22,467 nucleotides of DNA from an uncultured Oligoflexus sp. Lineage in GTDB: Bacteria; Bdellovibrionota_B; Oligoflexia; Oligoflexales; Oligoflexaceae. Location: assembly GCA_964236955.1 (NCBI GenBank), contig CAXSGP010000014.1, positions 39,810 to 62,276 on the forward strand, given 5' to 3'. A program made the position numbers and the translations under genes. The notes under the pieces were generated by a model that was not told the origin of the DNA, made no database searches, and worked only from the letters and a program-made list of their open reading frames with translations. Of this stretch, positions 1 through 7,387 are shown piece after piece (the stretch's first letter is position 1; every line of letters begins with the position of its first letter).

Positions 1-803
1 CTGGTCAGAACATAGCCCGGTTTGATTCCGTTTTGATTGGAGTCGCAGCCTATGGCTAAGGCCTTCTTCTCTTCTGCCGCATCAAAGGCGCCCATATTCG
101 AGGCTCCGGCCCCCAGATAAATAACTTCGCTTCCACTTTGAAACTGAGCGAGCGCAAGCTCTTTGGCTTTCGGTGGGTTGTTCCAGGCGTCGCCCGTGAT
201 GCCAACGTAGTTACTCACGACCTTTATCCTGGGATTAATCGATTGGGCTCCTGCCTCATAACCCATGAGGAAACGACGGATGAGTGGAATATCGATGCCG
301 CCGATAAACCCGATCTTGCCTGATTTGGCTTTCATCGCTGCCAATGCGCCAGCGAGATAGGAACCCTGATGCTCCTCAAACATGAGCGATCGAACGTTGG
401 GAAGCGCAACTTCAGCATCGACGATAGCAAATTTTTTCTGAGGAAATTGGGTGGCGATTTTTTTGATGGCATCCGCTTGGGAGAAGCCGACGCCGATAAT
501 CAGATCGAAATCTTTCTTGGCGAAGGAGCGAAGCAGCGGTTCGAAGGCTCCATCGTCCGTACCCTCTACATATTTCGTCTCGATGGAAAGTTCTTTGCTG
601 GCCCTTTCCATGCCTTGAAAGGCCGCTGTATTAAACGACTTGTCATCTTTTCCACCCTTATCGAGCACCAGACCAATCTTTAATTTCGTTGCTGCTGGCA
701 AGGGCTGCTGAAGAACCAGGTAACTTGAGACCAGGCCAGATAAAAAGACTAAAAAGGCAAGGGCCAAAGCACGATGAGTCTGTCGACGAAAAATCGAAAC
801 CAT
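1..803 (-). CDS. BMP family (basic membrane protein/PnrA-like) ABC transporter substrate-binding protein, 3'-truncated by window edge
   Basis: Not in the ORF track; translated by hand from ATG at 803 (RBS GGAGG at 817-813): MVSIFRRQTHRALALAFLVFLSGLV...LKIGLVLDKGGKDDKSFNTAAFQG...FDLIIGVGF...FAIVD...FEEHQGSYLAGALAA...KIGFIGG...AIGCDSNQN. These are classic BMP motifs and the frame is open to position 1. Confidence 0.93.
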   Translation of the reverse strand, partial: MVSIFRRQTHRALALAFLVFLSGLVSSYLVLQQPLPAATKLKIGLVLDKGGKDDKSFNTAAFQGMERASKELSIETKYVEGTDDGAFEPLLRSFAKKDFDLIIGVGFSQADAIKKIATQFPQKKFAIVDAEVALPNVRSLMFEEHQGSYLAGALAAMKAKSGKIGFIGGIDIPLIRRFLMGYEAGAQSINPRIKVVSNYVGITGDAWNNPPKAKELALAQFQSGSEVIYLGAGASNMGAFDAAEEKKALAIGCDSNQNGIKPGYVLT

Positions 804-824
804 AATGAGATTCCTCCACAATTT

Positions 825-853
825 AAAAAAAGGGCAGGGAAACCCTCCCTTTT
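825..853 (-). terminator. Intrinsic-terminator-like hairpin in the leader of the BMP gene (possible attenuator)
   Basis: Minus strand reads AAAAGGGAGGG-TTT-CCCTGCCC-TTTTTTT, ending about 8 nt before the RBS. Confidence 0.55.
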
Positions 854-1043
854 AAGCAGGCAGTTTGGCTGCTTAAGAGCGATCGCATCATAGTGAATTA
901 AGAGGCAAACAACAATGCCGAGGGGGCCTATTTGATGATAAATTTGCCATGGAATGGTCAAATTTGGGCTAAAAACATGGTTTTCAGAGCGTTCTTTCTA
1001 AAATGTAAGTCATTTTGGATATGTAGCGGCAATAGTCTTAGCC

Positions 1044-1096
1044 AAAAAAGAGAAAGGCCGAAGACGCCGCTTCCGGCGAGCCTTCGACCCATCTCT
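1044..1096 (-). terminator. Rho-independent terminator downstream of the outer-membrane protein gene
   Basis: Minus strand: GGTCGAAGG-CT-CGCCG-GAAG-CGGCG-TCTTCGGCC followed by TTTCTCTTTTTT. Confidence 0.75.
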
Positions 1097-1161
1097 ACAA
1101 ACCTTAAAAGAATTAAGGAGGCAAGGCGGCCTCGTGTGCCGCTGGACTTGCCCGACGAGGA

Positions 1162-1878
1162 TTAGAAAGAATAACGGAAATGCGCGATGTTGAGGGAAAG
1201 AGTCGTGTCCTTGGTTTTGGTATTGGCATTGGCGCCAGCATTGTTATCTTTAGTCGTACCCATGTTATAGATAATACCTGGGATAACGCTAAAGTGAGGA
1301 GCGACCTGATACACATACTGAGCTAGCAAAATGAGTCCGTTCGATTTGGTGTCGCTCCTGGTATTGGTAGCGGCCGGCGTCTCGACTGTATTCTTGCTGT
1401 TCGCGCCCAGGTAGGTCAGTTGGAATTCAGCGGAGCTTGTGGAACTGATAGTATGGTAGTACTCACCCCAAAACCCGAACTTGGTCGTTTTACTTTCGGT
1501 CGTCGTAGAGACGCCAGCCGGATTAGTATCGGATTTGTCGTTCGACAGACCAAGGAGCAGGCCAAATTCAATCTCTTTAGTGGGATAATAGCTGGCCCCG
1601 ATCAGCCCACCCGCGTCTCCGGGACTTACATAAAGACCATAATCTTGCCAAAAAATGCCTACCGTCACATCATTGGGGCTGGTAACCAGGGAACTGTACT
1701 TATCGGTATCGCCTTTGTCTGGCTTCACAGTTGTCTGCTTCCAGGTCAAAACATCATGATCTATCCAAAATGACGCTGGCTTGTCTTCAGCTGCCAACGA
1801 TGCTTGAGCCAGCAAGAGTGCGCTGCTTGCTGCAAGACTGTAAAGAGTTAGGCTAGCCTTGGATTGATTTCTCTTCAC
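1162..1878 (-). CDS. Outer-membrane beta-barrel protein (OmpA/porin-like small barrel, function unknown)
   Basis: Signal peptide ending ASLA-A, alternating amphipathic strands, C-terminal beta-signal HFRYSF. Start moved from TTG 1893 to GTG 1878 because GAGGGG lies 7 nt upstream. Confidence 0.8.
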   Translation of the reverse strand: MKRNQSKASLTLYSLAASSALLLAQASLAAEDKPASFWIDHDVLTWKQTTVKPDKGDTDKYSSLVTSPNDVTVGIFWQDYGLYVSPGDAGGLIGASYYPTKEIEFGLLLGLSNDKSDTNPAGVSTTTESKTTKFGFWGEYYHTISSTSSAEFQLTYLGANSKNTVETPAATNTRSDTKSNGLILLAQYVYQVAPHFSVIPGIIYNMGTTKDNNAGANANTKTKDTTLSLNIAHFRYSF

Positions 1879-2197
1879 TGTGTAACCCCTCAAAAATGAC
1901 TAAAAAATTTCAAATGAATTCGAGAGTACTCTGAAGGTGTCAGGGGCTGTAGAGAAAATTTTAGCTTTTGAAAAAAAGACTTCCCAAACGGTATGATCCA
2001 AGCGGCTTGCAGTCTGGAGCTTAAAACTAGGTTAATAGGGCCGGATTACCACATCCCCTATGAACCCATCCGGGCAGATTGGGCCAAGGCAACGAGAAAT
2101 GCCCCAATCCTAAGACTGAGGCTCTATTTACACGGCGGCGACTTAGCTTTCAAAACACTCAAAAGGAATGAGAAGCCTAAGCCCTAACGATCAATTT

Positions 2198-2593
2198 TCA
2201 GGGAGGTGTGCCTTCGTCGATCCAACGCTGCAAAAGATCTTGCGCCTCCTGAGGAATCGGTCCGGCCGGAGGCATATCAGCCTGAGTGATGGCGCGATCT
2301 TTAACCCGCACGATTGCAGCCTTGACCTTATCAAAGTCTTCCAGGCCTACGCCACCCTTAAGGCCATGACAGGAGACGCAGTATTTTCCGATGACTTCGG
2401 TGTTCACGGTTGCGTAGGTCAGGGCTGGGGTAGCAGGATTTTGCCCTGCGGGTGCTTGAGGTGTTGCAGTGGCGTCACTGGCTGCGGCTTGTGGGTTCGC
2501 GCTGAGATAGGCCTCAGCGGTAGAAGGAGTACCTGAGCACGAGCTAAGGGCAAAGGCACTCAATAATACGGTTACTATAAGACTAGACTTCAT
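2198..2593 (-). CDS. Monoheme c-type cytochrome lipoprotein
   Basis: ATG 2593 with RBS GAGGGG; lipobox LSSC; Ala/Pro/Thr linker; heme motif CVSCH; distal Met in MPP; C-terminal WIDEG. Confidence 0.88.
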   Translation of the reverse strand: MKSSLIVTVLLSAFALSSCSGTPSTAEAYLSANPQAAASDATATPQAPAGQNPATPALTYATVNTEVIGKYCVSCHGLKGGVGLEDFDKVKAAIVRVKDRAITQADMPPAGPIPQEAQDLLQRWIDEGTPP

Positions 2594-2959
2594 GAAATCC
2601 CCTCGGCGAATATTCCTTGCGTTGGCCACCTGGTGAGTGGTTAGGAATTCTATCGGATCGATAGCGGCAAAAAATGAGGAAATTTTTGAAAAGTCGCTTT
2701 CGATCATGAGGACAAAAGCGAATTCCTTAAAAAAAGAGTTTTCTCTCTTTGAAGTCTCTTAAATTGTTCATGAAAAATTGCGGGGCAACGCATATGTGGG
2801 GATCGCTAAGGGCGGGCGATCTCCAATCATTGCCAAACATTACCATCTTTAATTTTTGAATGAAATTGGTGAAAGGCTGACTTCAGCAAGGCGCAGCGGA
2901 GGCGACTCGGACTTAATTAAAGTAAGAATTTAAGCCACTTGCTAAGTTTTGATCGAAGC

Positions 2960-2988
2960 GAGAGCGGCCGCTTTACGACCGCCTTCTC
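2960..2988 (-). terminator. Hairpin immediately after the lipase stop codon (weak terminator candidate)
   Basis: GCGGTCG-TAAAG-CGGCCGC stem extended by GAGA/TCTC; poor U-tract. Confidence 0.3.
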
Positions 2989-4014
2989 TTAATAGCCCAT
3001 ATCGACCAGGTCCCAGGCAATTTTTCGGTAAAACATCTTATGATCGAAGCGCGAGGAGGTCTTACCAAAGAGCTGGCCGATGAGGTTTACATGGTCAGCA
3101 CTGACCAGGCCTCGAAACCGCCCCCATTTTGCCGAATCAATCACCACCAGTCCATCACTCCTTTGACCAAATTTAAAGGCCGGAATAAAGGGAGCCAGGA
3201 CAGGATCGATGATGTCGCCGGTCTTGATTCCGGTAACACTGGTGATTCCTGCATACGATTGATAGTAGATGTTGGGACTGTCTATATAATAAACATTGAA
3301 ATACTCTTCCATGTAACGCTTGGATAAGTTCCAGAGACTGTCATGCAGATTCAATTCAGAAGGTTTGATCTGACCGTGGCCCAGCAAACCTGCCGAAATA
3401 AACTCAAAGGCCTTATAGAGTGGGTTTTTTGTTCCCAACACTCCAAAGATCAGATCCGGAACCGGGGTTCCGTGATGAGGTGTGCCTACCGTTGTGAGCG
3501 AGGCGATCTTATCCGCATAACCATGGGCTATGAGATAGCGGGCATCGAGGCCACCCATCGAGTGGGCGATGATATTGATTTTCTCCGCGCCGCTTTCCTC
3601 GAGAATCTTGTCGATCAAGGGCGCAAGCTCTTTGCCCCGGGTCTCGATCGAGGCAACCGGATTCACCTGTGGCGTGTATATGGTGAAGCCATCGTCCTCA
3701 AGGACTTTCCGTATATGATAAAAATAATCGAGGAAGAAAACCTGATCCCACCCTAAAAATCCATGCAGCATCACGATAGGATAGCGCGTGGACGTCTGGG
3801 GCTTGGTACCAAGATATTGATCGCCGTTAACGACCGTGATGTCCTCGTCGAGGCTGAGAAAACTTCGGTCGATAGTCTCCTGTTGCACTGCGGGAGGTAT
3901 GACTCCCTGCTTGGCGTAGACTTCAGCCCTAGTTAAATCTGCGGCGAAAAGTCGATTGCTCAATAGCATAAGTTGGGCAGACGCCATTAAACAAGCGAGT
4001 AGGAAACGCAACAT
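2989..4014 (-). CDS. Secreted triacylglycerol lipase/esterase, alpha/beta hydrolase (family I LipA-like)
   Basis: Signal peptide; TRYPIVMLHG oxyanion region; nucleophile motif AHSMGG; GTPHHGT; catalytic Asp in SDGLV; catalytic His in ADH. Confidence 0.92.
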   Translation of the reverse strand: MLRFLLACLMASAQLMLLSNRLFAADLTRAEVYAKQGVIPPAVQQETIDRSFLSLDEDITVVNGDQYLGTKPQTSTRYPIVMLHGFLGWDQVFFLDYFYHIRKVLEDDGFTIYTPQVNPVASIETRGKELAPLIDKILEESGAEKINIIAHSMGGLDARYLIAHGYADKIASLTTVGTPHHGTPVPDLIFGVLGTKNPLYKAFEFISAGLLGHGQIKPSELNLHDSLWNLSKRYMEEYFNVYYIDSPNIYYQSYAGITSVTGIKTGDIIDPVLAPFIPAFKFGQRSDGLVVIDSAKWGRFRGLVSADHVNLIGQLFGKTSSRFDHKMFYRKIAWDLVDMGY

Positions 4015-4554
4015 AAAATCCCCTCTAGGCTGACGCTTTATACTCTCTTTGCATAAACTTCACGACTTCACTCTATTAGCTATACTTCTGAACGCTAAGC
4101 ATAGCCAGGTCGAAAGAGAGGGTCAAATCTTTTGTAAATCCTTGTTTTGCGCGAGTTTTTAGGATTAAAAATTCCATAAGCCTTGCTTTGCAAGCCCTTG
4201 GGCTTTCGCTCCCAGCGAACACTTATGTACGTCTTAAGACTATACGTTGAAATTGCAGCATAAATTCGCCTTATGGTAGAGGCTGTTTTTGATCAATATG
4301 CTCATAAACCTTTCTGTGACTGGATTTGGGGGGTAAAGCTACCATTTTGTAGTAAGATGATGATAAAAATCCTGCAACAGTTGACAGCTTTCGCGCCTCC
4401 TAAAATCGGGCGTGGGCCGGGAGCAAGGATTGCAAATCCGACTGCCCATTAGATTTTGTCTGGCCTCTATCATCGGTTCCTGCTTTCTCCCCCGACCTAT
4501 ATCTGCAATTATCCGTTAGGACAAATTTCTCAGGACCCAGATAAGGATGCAGGC

Positions 4555-5868
4555 GTGGAAGACAATTTCGAATTGGTATTTTCCTCGCAAGAGAAAGCGA
4601 TCGTGGTAAGTGTTTTGTTGGCGGGTGAATCGGGCGAAAGACTCGATGAAGAAATCGCCGAATTGGAATCGCTCCTTCGTACCCTTGGCGTTCAAGCGGT
4701 TGGCCGGACTCTGCAAAAGAGGCAAAAGCTTACCCCCAACTGTTATATAGGGTCGGGCAAGGTTCAGGAAATCAAAGAACTTGCCCTCAGCAAAGGTGCC
4801 AAGCTTATCGTCTTCGATAGAAATCTGAGCGGCCCTCAGGTTCGAAACCTTGAGGAAATGACGGGCATGGTGGTGCTCGATCGCACCGGCGTCATCCTTG
4901 AAATATTCTCGCGGCACGCCCGGACCAATCAGGCCAAAACCCAGGTGGAGATTGCCAGGCTTGAATATCTGCTGCCCCGCATGACGGGTGCCTGGACCCA
5001 CTTTCAACGACAAAGGGGTGGCGGGGCCCTCCAGCGAGGCATGGGCGAAAAGCAGATCGAAATTGATCGCCGGAGGGCCCGTGATCGCATATCCCGTCTG
5101 CAAAAGCAACTGGAGCAGATTCGCAAGGAAAAGGCGACGCAAAGAAAGCTGCGCAGCAATGAATTGAAAGTGGCCATCGTCGGTTATACCAACAGCGGTA
5201 AGACCACGCTGATGAAGGGCCTGACCAAGTCCCAGATCGCTCCCAAAGACGAACTCTTTGCAACCCTGGATACCAGTGTCAAAACCATAGATCCGCGCAC
5301 CAGGCCAAAGATACTCCTTTCCGATACCGTTGGATTCATTCGCAATCTGTCCCATTCGCTGATTGAATCCTTTCGCACCACGCTTGAGGAGGTCAGCGAA
5401 GCGGATTTGCTTTTGCATGTGGTGGATGTGAGTTATGCCCACTATGAGGATCACATCAGGGTCACTAACTCAGTTCTTGCGGACATAGGTGCCGGGGATG
5501 TGTCGCAGGTGCTGATTTTTAACAAGGTCGACCGGCTTGATGATCCCATTCTGCCGCGTATTCTGCGTGCGGCTTATCCTGGCTGTATTATCGTGTCGGC
5601 GGAATCTGACAAGGACGTGCTGAGGGTCCGTGACCTGATTTACAGTTTTTTTCGCAAGAACCTGGTCACCTTTAAGCTCGAGGTGCCAGCCGACAATCCA
5701 GCCGCGCAGTCGCTGGTTTATCGCAACTGTATCGTCATCGAAAAGGGCTTTGATGAGGGCCGCAATTGCCTGCTCTTTCACTTGCAGGCGCCCCGTGCGA
5801 CTATGGCAAAGTTAAGAAACTGGATTGTGTCGGTTGAAGATGAATCCCTTCCCACGGAGATCAGCTAA
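4555..5868 (+). CDS. hflX: Ribosome-associated GTPase HflX
   Basis: N-domain motifs YIGSGKV, DRTGVILEIF and QVEIARLEY; GMGEKQIEIDRR; G1 GYTNSGKT, G2 FATLDT, G3 DTVGF, G4 NKVD. Start placed at in-frame GTG 4555 (AAGGA upstream) rather than TTG 4456. Confidence 0.97.
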   Translation: MEDNFELVFSSQEKAIVVSVLLAGESGERLDEEIAELESLLRTLGVQAVGRTLQKRQKLTPNCYIGSGKVQEIKELALSKGAKLIVFDRNLSGPQVRNLEEMTGMVVLDRTGVILEIFSRHARTNQAKTQVEIARLEYLLPRMTGAWTHFQRQRGGGALQRGMGEKQIEIDRRRARDRISRLQKQLEQIRKEKATQRKLRSNELKVAIVGYTNSGKTTLMKGLTKSQIAPKDELFATLDTSVKTIDPRTRPKILLSDTVGFIRNLSHSLIESFRTTLEEVSEADLLLHVVDVSYAHYEDHIRVTNSVLADIGAGDVSQVLIFNKVDRLDDPILPRILRAAYPGCIIVSAESDKDVLRVRDLIYSFFRKNLVTFKLEVPADNPAAQSLVYRNCIVIEKGFDEGRNCLLFHLQAPRATMAKLRNWIVSVEDESLPTEIS

Positions 5869-7233
5869 ATGACGATGTTGAAATTGAACGAAACTTTTTT
5901 GGACCCTGAGTTGATCGCCAAAGCTGACAGCCTTCAGGCCGATGCCATTAAACAGTTGCAGAATCTACGCAAAAAAAGCTGCAAGGGCTCGGAGTGGACG
6001 GGTTGGTGGGATTATCCCCATCATTCTGGTTATGCCCTGGAAAATGAAATTCAGACCTATGTTAATGAACTCGATATCCATTACGATCTGGTTCTGGTCG
6101 TCGGCATCGGCGGCTCCTATCTGGGAACCCGTGCGGTCACCGAAGCGCTCGGGCATACCTACCAGGGACTGGTGCGCTCCCATCAGCCGTTAATAGCGTT
6201 CGCCGGCCATCATATTTCAGAAACCCAATTGATCGAAGTCATCGAGCTGCTCGACAAGAGACTACCTCTGATCAACGTCATCTCGAAAAGTGGAACGACG
6301 ACTGAGCCAGGCGTGGCCTTTCGTATTTTGCGTTCTTACCTCGAACAAAGATTCGGCAGGGACGAAGCCAGGCGTCGTATTATCTGCACGACCGATGCCC
6401 ATACTGGGGCCCTGCGTCAGCTCGTGAAGGAGGAAGGCTATAAGAGCTTCGTGATCCCCGACGATGTCGGTGGTCGTTACAGTGTGCTCACGGCCGTGGG
6501 CCTCGTTCCCCTGGCTTTGCTTAAATACGATTGCAAAGCCCTGCTTGATGGCGCCGCCAGTGTGTTCCAGGAATTGAGCGGCGATGCTGCTGAACATCCT
6601 GTCTTCCGTTATGCGGCGCTGCGTTCGGCCGCCTATCAGCAAGGCAAGTCGGTTGAACTGATGGCCACGAATAATCCCAAACTTACTTATATCGTCGAAT
6701 GGTGGAAACAGCTCTTTGGTGAGTCGGAAGGAAAAGAAGGCAAGGGGCTTTTTCCGGGTGGGCTGGTGTACACGACGGATTTGCATTCCCTTGGTCAATA
6801 CGTTCAAGAGGGGCAAAGAAATTTTCTTGAGACTTTCTTGAGTTTTGCAAACGACAGACCGAAGCGCAATGGCGTCGAGCAGCAGATTCGGGTGCCGGCC
6901 CTGGCGCAAAAACTTGATGGTCTTGGCTATCTCGAAGGTCGTCTGCTCAACGAGATCAATGACGCAGCCATGATCGGCACCATGATCGCGCATACCGATG
7001 GGGGGGTGCCGTCGATGGGTCTCGAGTGGCCAGCGCTTGATGAATTTAATCTGGGTTCGCTCTTTGCTTTCTTCGAGACGGCCTGTGCTGTGAGTGGGGG
7101 AATGCTTGGCGTGAATCCATTTGACCAGCCTGGTGTCGAGGCTTATAAAAAAAATCTTTTTGCCCTTAGCGGCAAGCCCGGAACCGAGGCCTTGCGCGCT
7201 CAGCTCAAAGAACGCATGGGGAGACAGACTTAA
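5869..7233 (+). CDS. pgi: Glucose-6-phosphate isomerase (short ~450-aa type)
   Basis: GIGGSYLG, SKSGTTTE, DDVGGRYSV, QLFGESEGK, DLHSLGQ, NPFDQPGVEAYK. ATG directly follows the hflX TAA. Confidence 0.98.
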   Translation: MTMLKLNETFLDPELIAKADSLQADAIKQLQNLRKKSCKGSEWTGWWDYPHHSGYALENEIQTYVNELDIHYDLVLVVGIGGSYLGTRAVTEALGHTYQGLVRSHQPLIAFAGHHISETQLIEVIELLDKRLPLINVISKSGTTTEPGVAFRILRSYLEQRFGRDEARRRIICTTDAHTGALRQLVKEEGYKSFVIPDDVGGRYSVLTAVGLVPLALLKYDCKALLDGAASVFQELSGDAAEHPVFRYAALRSAAYQQGKSVELMATNNPKLTYIVEWWKQLFGESEGKEGKGLFPGGLVYTTDLHSLGQYVQEGQRNFLETFLSFANDRPKRNGVEQQIRVPALAQKLDGLGYLEGRLLNEINDAAMIGTMIAHTDGGVPSMGLEWPALDEFNLGSLFAFFETACAVSGGMLGVNPFDQPGVEAYKKNLFALSGKPGTEALRAQLKERMGRQT

Positions 7234-7387
7234 GCAGACCCTTCCTAGGATTTTGGGCATGATGAAGCCTGGAAGATTGGATGGGGTTGAATTTCGGAGC
7301 AGCGAGGACTGTCCGCAGTCTGCTGCCCATGAAATATGCTCCGGTGCTGCAAAGGGTGGCGCAGCTCGGGAAGTCCTGTTGCCCAAG

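Noticed and set aside
4456..4554. N-terminal extension of HflX from TTG 4456 (likewise the cytochrome extension 2594-2707)
   Set aside because: No RBS or family similarity; downstream starts have good RBSs.
4516..5454. 312-aa antisense ORF
   Set aside because: Shadow of hflX with no recognisable motifs.
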